Counted from the first letter of the stretch, positions 1 to 14,870 are shown. The stretch: 64,000 nucleotides of DNA from Eledone cirrhosa (GCA_964016885.1 OZ024743.1:108376001-108440000); one strand, 5' to 3'. Notes: generated by a model from the sequence alone, not told the origin. Made by a program: numbers and translations.

Positions 1-1283
1 TTCATGCAAGCAATTGGCCTGACATTTCCAATTAATGGACCTTTCCTTTCATCCTTCATTGTCAAAGTTTTCTTTCCTTCGACCATCCGACTTGAAACCT
101 CTCCTTGTACTACAAAATCACTTAGGTGCTTCCCTAGCTTTGAATGAACACATTTAAATCTTTTCAACCAGAATCCTTGTATACAATCAAGTCTAGGAGA
201 ATTTCGGTTTGGCATTTTCTTAATTTGCTCTTCAATGTCTTCCTTTGAAATTATATCCCATCTTTATTTTGGTTCGTTAGATAACTTATGCTCAAATTCA
301 TATACCCAGCTCGAATCTTTATTATGCTCTTTTGTAATTCCCCACAAATTTCACCAGGATTGTGTGAATTTGTCAGCACCAGGTGCATATTCTGCTCCAA
401 TTTCCCATGACAGAACATTTTCTGATTTGTAAATAACAATCTATTCTGTTCGTAGGTTTTTGTCATTTTGTATAGCTCCTAACCCAATTAGATTTTGCCT
501 TAATTCGCTGATTCGCCTCTTCCATCACTACATTCAAAATATTTAATTTTATACCTCATGTCCATGCGTCGTTTCCTTCCTACGTTGGCCTTCTTCCATA
601 TTCCTCTATGCCATGCATCCATTTTATCTAGATCTTTTCTTAAATGAGTTATATTATCTTCCAATCTTATATTACACCAGGGTTCCTTATAGTTCTCCTA
701 ATCAGTGTGTTTAATATCTAATCGTTTACTCACCAGAAACACCACAACGCTAATTTACTTTCTTTAATTCTGTTTTACCATTTGTTTCTATGTACATGGT
801 TTACTTTGGTTGTTTTAGTTTCTAAAAGACGTCTCTCTATATTTCGAAGATTCAGCGGCGTCTTACTGAATCCAGGATCATTAAATAGATATTTCAATCT
901 TTCGATGATCAATCTTCTTTCTTTCCTTTTATTTTCATTCACCCTTCTCTGACCACATCATTAGTCTTCGATTTTACACTCTCTCCGCATTTAGTAGTTC
1001 ATCATTTTTGCTCTTATCAGCATTTTAGTAAGCTAATTCTTCCATAGTTGATTAATTTTCATTATGATCTCTATGTTTTCCACTTTCCAAATTCACATCA
1101 TCAAAGTTAACTTCAGCATTAACATTCGTACTTTGAACTTCAATTTCCTAGGCCCCCAATTCGACCTTCGTGAGCTAATTACTCCACCTAATTTCCCGTA
1201 TGTGTCCCACTACATTGTTCACTCAGATTTTAAACATTCCAAATCTTTTCCAATGCTGAAGCCTCTGTTCACCCACACCCCAT
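1..1283 (-). mobile_element. Decayed R4/Dong-like non-LTR retrotransposon, N-terminal region and start of RT (runs off the window start)
   Basis: Hand translation of the reverse strand 240->1 gives DIEEQIKKMPNRNSPRLDCIQGFWLKRFKCVH...EGKKTLTMKDERKGPLIGNVRPIACM, matching the MPNWKSPGPDxxQGFWLK...NYRPIACL pattern of RT domains 0-1. Upstream are YEQNRLLFTNQKMF (ORF 251-466) and KEPWCNIRLE. Frameshifts and stops are present. Confidence 0.8.
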
Positions 1284-1285
1284 AA

Positions 1286-1354
<69 letters not shown>

Positions 1355-1393
1355 GAGTAGTAGTAGTAGTAGCAGCAGCAGTGGTAGTAGTAA

Positions 1394-1440
<47 letters not shown>
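1284..1440. repeat. (TAG)n microsatellite
   Basis: Seen directly; abuts the 5' end of the minus-strand LINE. Confidence 0.95.
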
Positions 1441-1458
1441 CTAAGAGTAGCAGTAACA

Positions 1459-1676
1459 GTGGTGAATTGGCAGTATCGGGAGAGAATCGGATAACGTGCT
1501 GTGTGGCATAGTATTACGGTTTTTTACGTTCTGATTTGAAATCCCGCCGAAGTTAACTTTGCCTTTTATCCTTCCGGGGTCGATGAAATAAGCACCAGTG
1601 ATGCACTGGGGTTGATTTAATTGATGTTTACCCGCATCCAAAATTGTTGGCTTTGTGCCCATAGTTGAAATAATTT
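1459..1676 (+). mobile_element. tRNA-type SINE, family 1 (longer variant with internal insert)
   Basis: GGTGAATTGGCAGTATCGG head, B-box-like GATTTGAAATCC, core GCCTTTTATCCTTCCGGGGTCGATGAAATAAGCACCAG; homologous to many copies in the window. Confidence 0.85.
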
Positions 1677-1870
1677 GTGGATTGACAGTATCAGTAGAAC
1701 GTCGAACAACATGCCTTGAAGCATAGAGTTACATCCCTTTACAGTTTGAGTTCAAATCCACCGTGGTTAACTTTGCCTTTCATCCTTACGGGGTCGATAA
1801 AATAAAGTAGCAGTAATGCACTGGGATAATTGCAGACCTTGTTTCAAAAGTAGAAACAATTATTATTATT
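1677..1870 (+). mobile_element. SINE family 1, tandem to the previous copy
   Basis: GAGTTCAAATCC B-box, core GCCTTTCATCCTTACGGGGTCGATAAAATAAAG, tail AGTAGAAACAATTATTATT. Confidence 0.9.
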
Positions 1871-3221
1871 CCGACACTTCATGTATGCTTACTTTCATTT
1901 CTCTTCTCCTCTCGTCTTCTCTCGTCCTCTCTCGTTTCGTCATTTTTTTCATTTTGTGTTTGTTGTTATTGCTTTCCTTTTTGTCTTTTTTCCATGTTGT
2001 TATTTTCGCTTTTATTTATTGTTGTTTATGTTTTTGTTCAGTTTATCCCTGCAAGTCAAATGAAATTAGAATTCCACAGTCGTACGTTCATGCACATTGG
2101 TAATATGTTCTGTGGAATAAATGGTGGCTATATTATCAATGAATGAATGTAGTAGAGTTATAGGGTGGGGAGGGGGACTGCATATGTAGGAGTCTGAGGG
2201 TGAGACGATGTCAGAGCTTGTGCGTGAGCGAAAAATAGAGTAGCAGAATAAGAACAGCAGTAACGGCAAATGTGATGAAGATGAATTTTGTTGCCATAAA
2301 ACTAGAAAAAAGGGAGACCACACTAAACTAGAAATAGCCACAATCATGTCTATAAGACAATAATCATCTAACAAATATGTGTGCCTGCATGTGTACACGA
2401 CACATGCACTCACACACACACGCACGCACATATGTGTATATATATATAGATATACATATATATATGTGTATATGTATGTATGTATATATTGTAAAATGCG
2501 TGAGAGTGTTGGTACAGTAAAGTATATTTGAAAAAAAATGAAAAACAATGACTTCACTTCTATGTACCCGCATATATACGTATATGTATAGATGTGTAGA
2601 CGTGTGTATGTGTGCGCATGCATGTTATGTGTACATTAATAAATGCATGTGTGCGTGAATGAATGATATATACGAATATGTATGAATGTGTGTGGGCAAA
2701 TTCTTTATATATACACCAATAAAATATGACTATGTTTTGTATCTGTACCCTTGTCCATGCAGTCATTACAGGCAGAATTTTTGGAATGTTTTACATATTT
2801 TTAATGTTCCATTAATTGATTGTAATTGTAATTTCCTAACAAGTGTTGTTTCAGGTTCTGTGAAGCCAAGTTTCTCAGGATTTCTACTGAGACAGTTACT
2901 AACTTATCCCACAGTTACTCACCTATCCCCCAACATTTTTATTTTATAAGCTCTGATTATGTCATACATATATCTGTAGCGGTTAGAATGAAATGTTGCT
3001 ATTTGAGGTTTATTCTTCATCATTGGCACTTTTCTCACTCGTTACTGAGACAAACAGGTTACCTAATGCACGTCGTTTAAGATAGATGTGTGATGATGAA
3101 AGCTTGATGATGATAATGATAACAGCTCGATGATGATGCTGCTGATGATGATGATGAGATGAATGAGAAAGAGGAATAGAATGACGATGATGACGACGAA
3201 GGGGTTGATTCTTGACCGCGT

Positions 3222-3416
3222 TAATAATTGTTTCTACTTTTGGTACAAAGCCAGCAATTACACCAGTTCATTACTGGTACTTTATTTTATCGACCCCGTA
3301 AGGATGAAAGACAAAGTTAACTTCAGCGGGATTTGAACTGAAACCGTAAAGAGCTGTAACACTGTGCTGAAAAGCATGTTGCTCGATGCCCTTCCGATAC
3401 TGCCAATCCATCGCCC
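3222..3416 (-). mobile_element. SINE family 1
   Basis: Reverse complement of the family consensus (AATTGTTTCTACT...TATCGACCCCGTAAGGATGAAAG...GATACTGCCAATCCATCGCC). Confidence 0.9.
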
Positions 3417-3424
3417 TCGATACG

Positions 3425-3613
3425 AATTGTTTCTACTGTTGGCACAAGGCCAGCAATTAACCAGTGTATTACTGGTACTTTATTTTATCGACCCCGTAAG
3501 GATGAAAGGCAAAGTTAACCTCGGCGGGATTTGAACTCAGAATGACAAGGGCCGTAACTCAATGCGTCAAAGCATGTCGTCCGACCCTCTACCGATACTG
3601 CCAATCCACCGCC
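3425..3613 (-). mobile_element. SINE family 1, tandem copy
   Basis: Full-length reverse-complement copy directly adjacent to the previous one. Confidence 0.9.
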
Positions 3614-4010
3614 TTGACCGACCTCGATAATAATGATAATGGTTATGATAATATTCGCGTATTTATGATCATGACATTGATAATACCGCAGTGATCACAA
3701 TGTGTGTTCATTTTTTCGACTTAAAATACGCTCGCAGAAACAATGCAGTCCTTCTTCACACACTAGGGCCACGGTTTTGTATTAAAGAAGTTTAATATGC
3801 TTCAAAATGCCCGGTTAATGTCTCCAGCCATAATTACATAACTACTGCTACCTGCCATTTGAGAGATCCTCAAGTTATGCAAAGATATATACACACATAT
3901 ATTTATATATGATTGCAACAAACACACCCACACACACAATATATATGTATATATATTTATATATGTATACATATTATACACACACACACATATATATATG
4001 TGTGTGTGTG

Positions 4011-4042
<32 letters not shown>

Positions 4043-4390
4043 CAATCACGTATGACGCCATGTATTCATGTATGATGCCATGTATACGCAAAAATATAGA
4101 CACACACTCATACATACACATATATGTATATAGAGACATTTCTCAGATTTAATGTCCACGACGTCCACTATCACCACCACTATTAACGATCCACCAAAGC
4201 CATTATGTTGTAAGATTTTAAATTGCACATTAACCACATTAACCTTGGCCATTTATCCATATATACGGCAATCTGTCGAGAGGTTTTACAAAAGAAACAG
4301 CTACGAGCTACTTTATTCTTTTCTTCATCACATCCTCATTCCTCACTCACATTAGCGTATCAACGACGGTATAGACTGATAAATGCATAC

Positions 4391-4523
<133 letters not shown>

Positions 4524-4723
4524 TATATACATATATATACATATATATACATATATATACATATATATATATATATAAGTATATATATATATATATATGC
4601 ATGTATGTAATTCAATTTTTTTAGCTTGACACGCTTCGTTGACTATAACGAGCTGCAATCAAATTATATATCCACATCGAAATATGTCTACCATGATTCT
4701 AACTCGAATTGCTGTATGTTGTG

Positions 4724-4733
4724 ACTACTACTA

Positions 4734-4811
<78 letters not shown>

Positions 4812-4853
4812 TTACTACTACTACTACTACTACTGCTACTACTATTATTATTG

Positions 4854-4885
<32 letters not shown>

Positions 4886-4909
4886 GGTGGTGGTGATGAT
4901 GATGATGAT
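4724..4909. repeat. (TAC)n followed by (GAT/GGT)n microsatellite
   Basis: Seen directly; explains the poly-T/Y/V/D ORFs. Confidence 0.95.
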
Positions 4910-5090
4910 TTCATTTTGTTTTTACTTAATTTGAAGGGTTTTTAAAAAAAGTTTCCAATGTTTTTATCAATCATGTTAATATTCCTGGGTATTATATTTT
5001 ATGATTTATTTTATTGTATTATTAACACACACAGACAGAGACAAACACACACACATGCATACATACATACATACATACATATATATATGC

Positions 5091-5125
<35 letters not shown>

Positions 5126-6262
5126 TATGTATAATTTTGGATGGGACACTTAATCAAATCACTTAAATGTATCGTTGTTGCGCATGAATTCTGCAAAACA
5201 GCCAAAGTTTAATTAATTTAACAAACAAAATGATCAAGCACAAACACATGCACATACAGAGATACACACACACGCACATATACACATACCCTACCTCACG
5301 CCAGAACGCCACACATAAAGATGTGCATGTGAACAGATTTTTACTTATTAGGGTACATCTAATTAGCAGCTCTTCTGCTGTGTCTAGAAACAAGATCACA
5401 ATGTTTCATCAAATCTTCACAAAATTTGATGCACAGACCCAGATCTCTCATAGAATAATCCATTACAGTAAAAACATCATAACTACCAACCGAAAATGGT
5501 ATAAATATGGTAGAACAATTCATTGAGATGATGAAAGACTGAACATTTTAATATAGTAGCTGTTATACGTACGTCTGAGAATGTGTAAAATATCATGGCA
5601 AAATGGTGCTTTTTAAAATATTAATCTCTTGACTCTGTGTGACTGTGTGACTGTGCATATATATATATATATATATATATTTCATACTCAATATGTTCGC
5701 TAGGCACATATTGATTCTTGTTTCAAACAAAAAGGTTCTAAAAACCTTCTCTAAGTACAAACCACTATCTCCCTACGGACAACTGAGGCTGCACACCAAG
5801 TGCGAACAGGGAAGAACCAAACTCCCTCTGCCATCACCTCCATCTCTCTCGCTTTCCCCATCTCTCTGTAATATGAGCAAATGGGTTCCCACGTGCTGGC
5901 CACCCCACGGACCCGGCGGACCCTTTTTCTTCTATCTCCTTCAAAATCTCCTTACCTGCTATTTTCTGTTTTGCTTCCTCTAGTCCTCCTCTCTCTTCTC
6001 TGTATCCCATTAACGCTCGTTTTTTTTTAAATTCCTGTCTTCCTATATTTCTCAGTTACGCTTTTTCTGGCGTATACATACACGTATATTAAAATGATGT
6101 ATATCTATGTGAACGTGTATGTTTGTATGTAGGTGTTTAGGCTTATAATTTTGTGTATTTAAAGATACTTGCATTTAGAAGACTAGAAATTTAAAATCTC
6201 CCCTGTCATGTGTATACATACACCCTCACACACATACACACACGCACACAAATAGACACACA

Positions 6263-6716
<454 letters not shown>

Positions 6717-6744
6717 GAGAGAGAGATAGAGAGAACTGAAAGAT

Positions 6745-6794
<50 letters not shown>

Positions 6795-7529
6795 ACTTCC
6801 ATATATATGTTTGCTTGTGTGTGTGTGTATATGTGTGTTGTGTGTATGAGTTTACTATTAATATTAGTAATACCATTATCGTTGCTATTGTCTTACTTTC
6901 TGACAATCAAACAGTAAACACCTGTTTAGTTTTGATTCGGACGTGTTGTAATAGACAAGGTGTAGGCGAAAACATTATTATCTCCCTTAGAGCTCTCTTG
7001 ATATAGTCCTGCTTTGTATAATATTGGTCTTATAATTGAATCTGTCAAATTATCTTGAAAGAAACCCGTACTCATTGCAAACTTCTTTTTGTCGACCTTT
7101 CGCCCTGTTCTCCATACATTTTATCTACATTTATTTTTCGGATTTTAATTAAATTCTGTGTTTCCTTCTTCTTTCATACGTTTCTATCTACCTTTCTCAT
7201 GCTCTACTAGTCACTCACCCTCTCTTGATATATTTCCTCTCTCTCACCTCTACGAGACTATCTCATTTCTCTCTCTTTCTCTTCATTTCCCTCCTTCATG
7301 CACATATATAACTCATTCAATTTTCCTCTCTCGTCCATGCACTTTTGCCACTCTTCCCAGTGTATCCCATTTAACGTAATGTAATATTGTTAATCTGCTG
7401 GGAGTAAAAATCAATATTCCCAAATACTGTTCGCACGATATTGAACAGTACTCAAGCGATAGCCATAAACTTTTGTGTCGCCTTTTCTCCATAACATGAA
7501 ACCGACATACTGATATATTTATTTATCAA

Positions 7530-8090
7530 CCGACTATCGAACTATCATACTAAATATCTAAATTACAATCTTACTATCATACCATATAGCTGCAGTTTAT
7601 TCTTACTACCATACTAAATATCTACCTTATTGTCTTGCTATCATACTATATACCTAGATTATAGTCTTACTACCATGTATATACCTATATTATAGTCTTA
7701 CTATAATACCGTATACCAATCTAGTAGTCTTACTATTATACCACATACCAATCTAATAGTATTGGTATCATACCATGTACATGTCTAATTGTCTTACTAC
7801 CATAACATATATGTATGTAATAGTCTTACTATCACCCTAAACACCTTTTAGTGTTATTATAATACCATATACCTCCCATATAATATTACTATTAAACATA
7901 TAGTCATACTATCTACCATACCGTATACTTACCATATATATTAATAACACAGCAGCTATCTATTTCATAGCGATATTATTATAAAATATACCTAATCTAT
8001 ACTAAATATCATATCATATACTTGGCCTATAATCTTATTACCATACCACATAACTATGTCATAGTCTTACTATCATAAAATATATCCGGC
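7530..8090. repeat. Degenerate ~30-bp minisatellite
   Basis: Recurrent unit resembling ATAGTCTTACTATCATACCATATACCTA in more than ten diverged copies. Confidence 0.8.
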
Positions 8091-8179
8091 TAGTATCTTC
8101 ATTTAGTTGTCCATTCGTACTTAAGTATTTGCTATTCAACCATTTTTCTTGAAGAACTAGTAACGGTCAAACTGATAGA

Positions 8180-8530
8180 TTATGACGGAATGAATGTAGC
8201 TCCACCAGGTTCAACAATGTTGTTCAAGTCGGTCAATCAACGGAAGAGCTTACTCATGACATTATCGTAATAGCATTATCGTAATGGCATTGCATATAGA
8301 CGTGTAGTGTGAATATTATTCTCAGGGACATTCAGAGTGACAGGGTACAAAAAAGGCGGTCCTTTGAATTATAGGCGCAGCCCTTCTAACGGGCTTTTCT
8401 TTTTCCAGATTCTTTCACAAGGCATGAGTCAAGCCGAGGCTATGGTAAATGTCACTTGCCTAACATGCCATATAGTGGGATCGAACCTGGTACTTAATAA
8501 TTGCGAAGCCAACTTCATAGCATGTCAGCC
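8180..8530 (-). mobile_element. Old tRNA-derived SINE, family 2
   Basis: GGGATCGAACC (reverse B-box) near 8477; CTCAGGGACATTCAGAGTGAC block shared with 62620 and 59220. Confidence 0.55.
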
Positions 8531-9583
8531 TTATGGCTTATCTAATCTGAGCTGACCTGGGTTTAACCATATCTACCTATCAAATTGTCTGTGACCCCAG
8601 GATTAAAGACAAAGAACAAAAGAGGGGGCTGATTCACTGATATTATCGGTCAAATTGTTCAATTTGTCTTTCTTACTAGTCTTTCAGTGTTGTGTTCATT
8701 CCCTTTCTCAAATGGAAAAGATACCTGTGATACATTGGCAATAATTACTGACAGATATTTATCCATTGCCTGTTAAACTACTCAGAGACCGGATTTCCTT
8801 TAGAATTCGCACATAGATGCAAGAGTCTAAATAAGCTAATTAGAGTGTGGGCGTCCATGTCTTACTGAAAAAAGAAAAAAAAAAGAATAATTGTGACGCA
8901 ATAGATTTATAACGGGCAATGTAGGTTTTAATATAGAACAACAATCTGTGTGGGAAGTATGTTTCGACAAAATACTGTTGATGATGAACGCAGTTTTAGT
9001 TGATGTTTCACCATCCCACCGCTTTTGGTTTATCTCCGCTGCCATTAAATCAAGTAAAAAAAGATTTCATGAAGAAAACCTATAATTATGAAGTGAGATC
9101 AAACCGAACGCAATCTAGTGTGAATGTAATACGTATAAAAAAAGCAGACAACCACTTCTATCTCTATAGATGATGCTTGGTAATAGTTCATAAAATGTTA
9201 TGGAATATGTTTCTTAGTTAATAAGAGAGCGTAACAAATTGTATATTTAAACTAAGGAACAAATAATCGATCAAGTTGGGCGTTCGACTATTTAATAGTC
9301 AATCATGGGTTGTAGCATCTTAAAATGAAATAAAACACACCAAAAATTCAAATTGTATATATCCTTATATTATTTGAGAGTCGTTACAGTGTTTTGAAAA
9401 CAACAATGAATCCGCAGTGAGGGGGTGAGGGAAGGACTGAGGGAGAAATACAAAGAGTAATGAGAGAGGGAGAAAGAGAGAAACATGTCAAAGCAAACAT
9501 ATAAATATGGATGTAATAATGTAAGATTGCATAATGGAAACACGCAAATATTATATATATCTTTCTATTTCTCCAACTCTCTC

Positions 9584-9619
<36 letters not shown>

Positions 9620-9635
9620 TCTCTCACTCTCTATA

Positions 9636-9695
<60 letters not shown>

Positions 9696-9718
9696 TCTCT
9701 TTCTCTATCTCTCTCTCT

Positions 9719-9754
<36 letters not shown>

Positions 9755-10482
9755 AACTATATATATGTATACATATATACTATATATATATATATATACA
9801 TACATATATATGTATATATATATATATGCAATCCTACACGCATGTATATATGTATCCTCTCTCGATATATATACATATACATGTGTGCGGGGGAGGGGGG
9901 TATATTTGTATGTTAGAAAGTAAAACGGATGTAGGTAGATGGGTGCGAAGATATGAGAGCATGTGAAAGAGAAGTGAGCGGGGGAGTATTTGAGAGCAAC
10001 AATTAGTATCTGAATAATGTAAAAATGTAGTACTGCAATTACTAACTGAAAAAACTTCCATCAACTCCATCCATGCGTTTGTGCAAATGATCCAGATTTA
10101 TCGATCCGACTAAGAAATTATTATAAGATGCCTATAGACAATTGATGTTTCACTAATGCAAATTAGCTGGGATATTTTATAGAATTCCAATGTGATTGGG
10201 CGATATAAAAGTAGGTCTTCCATGAATAACTGCTTCCGAAAGCATGTGTTGCATGTTTGTATTGTATGTAATTGCTTGTGAATGTTCTAATACGTTCATG
10301 GTAATGTGCAAATGTATTATATATCTGCATAATATATAATATATATGCATATATATAATATATATGCATACATATATATTATATATGTATATGCATACAT
10401 AATACATTATATATATATATAAATATACGCACACTCACACACACAGACACACATACACACATAAATACATGTGTGTATGTGA

Positions 10483-10513
<31 letters not shown>

Positions 10514-10819
10514 CGTGGAGGGATATGGGTTTGATTGTTTTGGATTGGTAGTATATATTTACACATTTAAAAAAAATATAAGTTGATTTCTGTAGAAGCA
10601 TTTTTATATTCGAACAAATAATTCTTATTATTTTCTTCAAAAATACTCATACATGCGTGTGCTTTCTACGTGTGCGTGTTTGTGTGTTTAGGTATTCATG
10701 CATGTTGTTCGCGATTTTTCTTTTAAAATTTCTCACCAATTATAAAGTAATTGGTTTTTAACATAGAAAAAAGTTTATTTCATTGGAACACAACATCAAC
10801 TAGGCTGTATTATATATAT

Positions 10820-10976
10820 GTGGTGGATTGGCTGTATCGGTAGAGAGTTGGGCGCCATGCTCTGCAGCATATAGTTACGTCCCTTTTCGGCATGAGTTCA
10901 AATCCCGCCGAGGTTAACTTTGCCTTTCATCCATACGGGGTCGATAAAATAAAGCACAAGTAATACACTGGGATAA
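10820..10976 (+). mobile_element. SINE family 1, 3'-truncated
   Basis: GGTGGATTGGCTGTATCGG...GAGTTCAAATCCCGCCGAGG...GGGGTCGATAAAATAAAG. Confidence 0.85.
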
Positions 10977-11009
10977 TGCTTTGTGCTGCCAAACGTTTAA
11001 ATCAGTATA

Positions 11010-11280
11010 TTCAGGTGGGTTGTGTGTTCGGCTCACAGTCAGATGAGTGTATGTTCGATTCCTGTTGGCCTAGTTTAGCCATGATCAGCAAAAACTGTGT
11101 TGTAACTGTAATTCAAAGTGTCAACCATGTCATAACGCTGTGTTACACAGAATCTCCCCGACAATCTATGTAGAAGGTACACGTGTCTGTAGAATGCTCA
11201 GACACTTGTGCGCTAATGTCACGATCAATTGTTCCATTGATCGAACAGCTGGAACACGTCATGGAAAACGATGGTGGTTC
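11010..11280 (+). mobile_element. Old tRNA-derived SINE (family 2-like)
   Basis: GTTCGATTCC B-box at ~11052; tail TTGATCGAACAGCTGGAAC resembles the reverse complement of other old copies. Confidence 0.45.
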
Positions 11281-11739
11281 AATACAACACAATTATGCAT
11301 GCATGAATGAATGTATGTTATGCAAGGTATATGTCATCCTAGATTTAGAAAGTGACGCTATGGCAGGATTGTTAGCGTTGGATATTTGTTCTTTGCTTCT
11401 GATTCATGCTTTCCATTAATTCGGATTCGGTAAACATATACCAACCCAATGCTGATGCAGGATTCTCGTTTTCCACCCGTCACATACGGTTGCGAAATTA
11501 TGATTAATACTAGCAAAACATTAACGATTGTGAGTTAGGTTTGTAGTTTACTAGCATACTGTCACCAAAGCAAATAATACAATTCAGCCACACCATATAG
11601 ACCATTCAATGTACCATATTGACTGTCATACATTCAAAGTCTTCCCCAATCGTCATAGGAGCACTACGTACAATATCGAAGATATAGTACAGCATATTTT
11701 CCGGTTAAATAGCATCAATAACTGAGATATCAAAGTAAT

Positions 11740-11950
11740 AATAATAATAATTGATTCTACATTAGGCACAAGGCCAGCAATGTGGGGACAGGTGAAATTC
11801 GATGAAATCGACTCCAGTGGTACCTTATTTTTTTCGACCCCGTAAGGATAAAAAGAAAAACTAACCTTGGTGAGATTTGAACTCAGAACATAAAGCACCG
11901 CAACTCTATGCCACGAAGCATCGGATCCGATACATTACCGATACAGCTAA
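11740..11950 (-). mobile_element. SINE family 1 (diverged)
   Basis: TAGGCACAAGGCCAGCAA...TCGACCCCGTAAGGATA...GATTTGAACTCAG. Confidence 0.8.
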
Positions 11951-12164
11951 TCTAATATTAATAAAAATAAAGGTGTCTAACATAGGCACACAAATAGAGG
12001 TGTATATTATGTCGATCCTACTACTTGAGAGAAATGTTGTCGATAGCATGATTTGAATGAAAAAATATAAATGTAATCGCTTAAATATTGAGTGCGAATT
12101 ATTTTGATCAGTCAATATTCACTACTACTGTTGTCGTTGCTGCTGCTGCTGATGCTGATGCTTA

Positions 12165-12218
<54 letters not shown>

Positions 12219-13032
12219 AGATACCATCAACAAGCTGAGCCAGAGTAAATAGGAACAATAACAAAAGAAAACGTGACGAAATTGATGATGATGATGATAA
12301 TCATGATGGTGGTAATGGCGATGATGGCGATGATGGCGATGACGATCAGGATCATGATGATGTTGCCCATGAGGATGGTGATGATGTTGATGATGATCGT
12401 GATGTTCTACTGCACTTAATGGACTACGATTTCTTTGGTCTCCGTACTTTAAATATTCAGAAGGCTTGGAAGTGAATGTGTCATCGTATTCTTCATTTAT
12501 TCTTGAAAAAAAATGAAAAAGAAATTCCAGAAAAGCATCCACATCTACACATTTACACATACAATTATACATATAATCATACACCCACATGTATATATGC
12601 AAACAGAGTTATTTACACTTAATATCAATCAAAAATTCACACTTATTATCAATCATACATTCACACTTATAAAAAGCACACTCGTATGCACATACACATA
12701 TACACAGACACTCACATACGCATGTAGAAACCATCCATTCATATGCACACGCTTACAAACAACCACAAATGGTTTGATCATGCAAGTAATGATACACAAC
12801 ATAGCCGTACAGCATAAATACACATCTATGAACTGTTTAAGGAAAGATCCACGATAAATAAACAAGAATATTGAATATGATACAAATAATCAAACCAACA
12901 AAAAGCAAACAAGCAAGCAAGCAAGACAAACAATAACAAACAAGTAATAAACAATAAAAACGCCTAATGTGTATGTCAATGAAATTAGTCTTTTAAAGAA
13001 CATCTCTGTTTAATAAGTGATCTCTTATTGAA

Positions 13033-13127
13033 ATATAAAACGAAAGAAGTGTACAATGGGATTGTACTGCAAGGCAATGTTTTTACTCTTGTCATATTCT
13101 TATAATATCTTGTGTGGACATGTTTCA
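13033..13127. repeat. ~95-bp direct repeat, copy 1 (copy 2 at 15170-15264)
   Basis: ATATAAAACGAAAGAAG...GTACTGCAAGGCAATG...TTGTGTGGACATGTTTCA occurs twice with about 5 substitutions. Confidence 0.9.
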
Positions 13128-13229
13128 TTGTCTTTCTTTAATTCCCGTGACCATTTGTGTATCACTTATTATAATTCTGTTTGTAATTTAATATTTGATT
13201 ATTGTATTACATATTTAAATCCCTGTGTG

Positions 13230-13328
<99 letters not shown>

Positions 13329-13363
13329 CATAATAATCAAAGCTGTGTTCAAAACATTTATTC

Positions 13364-14870
13364 ACTTACAATTGTTTCATCCAAACTTAGGCTTGGGATC
13401 TTCGGAGCATTTGTTAATGATTGTACATATAATTGACCTCATATCCAACGCAAGAGACATACATATATATATATATATATATATTGATGTACAGTGAAGT
13501 GACATATATTATACTATACTATATTTGTCTAACAATTCAAATTTAAAATCAAAATTAAAATACATGCGCCAGATAACACAGATAATGCAAGAGGATAGTC
13601 CGGTAATCAGATCTAGTAGATAGTGTATGCGTTAGTCATACATAGAGCATGCAAGTGTGTCTCATTTATATGCGAGTAATGTGTGGCAATGTGTTACATG
13701 TAATACAAGCACTTTAATCGGGTAAGCAAGAGTATTATGGTAGTGGGAGTGTATTTTTTGCAGAGATCAAAAAAGTATGTGTGCAGAAAAAGGAAGTTAT
13801 AGTTTTCGCATCCACCACCATTTTCGCATTCAGAAAAAGGAAGTTATAGTTTTCACATCCATCACATATGTTACAATGAATTCGTATTGACTGTTTGATG
13901 TATTAAATGATTGTAACGTATTGAGGCTCAGTGTTATTTAATCCATATTTATAGAATAGGTTCTTTCTGCTGCGAGAATTTACAGCGGTTTATTATTCGG
14001 AAGTAGGTATATAATTAAAGGGAGTTAATGCGTAAGGGGAGGTAACTAGCTGATTCTCATAACTAAATTCATTGTTCTAACATACATTATATGGTGCCTC
14101 AATTGAGTCCCTTATATAAAAGGTTATATATTTATATTTAATTTTAAATACAGTCTACTCTATCATAATGTATTATATGTATCTATAGGAAGTTGATTAC
14201 TCCTTATTATATAGCGCTATAATTGAATTTCCCACACAAAGTGCTATATCTTTATATCAAAATTCACTCGAAATACAGTCTACTCTCAAAACATATCAAA
14301 GGACCAATTAGAATTTTGTCTACATAACCTTTGGTAAGCTATGGAGCAGCGTACGGCTGTTTGCATGATACAATTAAATACATCTCTTGGATAAACAAAT
14401 ACATCCCTAATTTACAATGCCATTAATCTATCCATTAAGTTATACATGCATATATAATTCATATAAAATTCATTGCACCACACTACATATAAGTTAGACA
14501 GATCCCTTATGTTAATAAATTAATCCTATATATATATCTAATGTTATCATTCTATACATTTAATTACAAATGCATATATAATTAATTGTTGTATCTAGTA
14601 TTTAAAGTTTATATAAACTGTATTATATTTCCATCCCTATATAAGTAATTATATTAAAATTTGGTGTTTATGGGGATATTTCTAGGGTATAAAGTTATAG
14701 ATAGATATAATAATTTGTGTCGATGAAAGGGTGGATCAGAGAGTGTGGTGTAGTGGTGGAAGGCAAGCACTTGAGGTGCGGTGTTAGAAGCGGTGAGGTC
14801 AATTATATGTACAAGCATTAAGAAATGCTCTGAAGAATCAAGCCTAGGTTTGGATGAAACAATTGTAAGT
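13364..14870 (+). mobile_element. Decayed Penelope-like element with inverted pLTRs
   Basis: ~78-bp inverted repeats (13364-13441 / 14794-14870), each with a hammerhead motif. The interior has faint RT-like traces on + (FPTQSAISL ~14235, LEFCLHN ~14308, NAINLSIK ~14416). Flanked by TA arrays. Confidence 0.6.
14827..14870 (+). ncRNA. Minimal type I hammerhead ribozyme motif
   Basis: GCT-CTGAAGA-ATCAAGCCTAGGTTTGGAT-GAAAC-AATT-GTA^AGT: intact core, stem II and palindromic stem III (ACAATTGT). The inverted copy at 13364-13408 has CCGAAGA. Confidence 0.7.

Noticed and set aside
2066-2367. Minus-strand ORF segment after a TTTGTTAG acceptor-like site
   Set aside because: No recognisable domain, and its phase is incompatible with the candidate exon at 12225-12501.
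5782-5810. CTGAGGCT-GCAC-ACCAA-GTGC-GAAC hammerhead-like string
   Set aside because: Both core segments deviate and no stem I or III pairing could be built.
7530-8090. CRISPR-like periodic repeat
   Set aside because: Units are contiguous and degenerate with no unique spacers, in eukaryotic context; it is a minisatellite.
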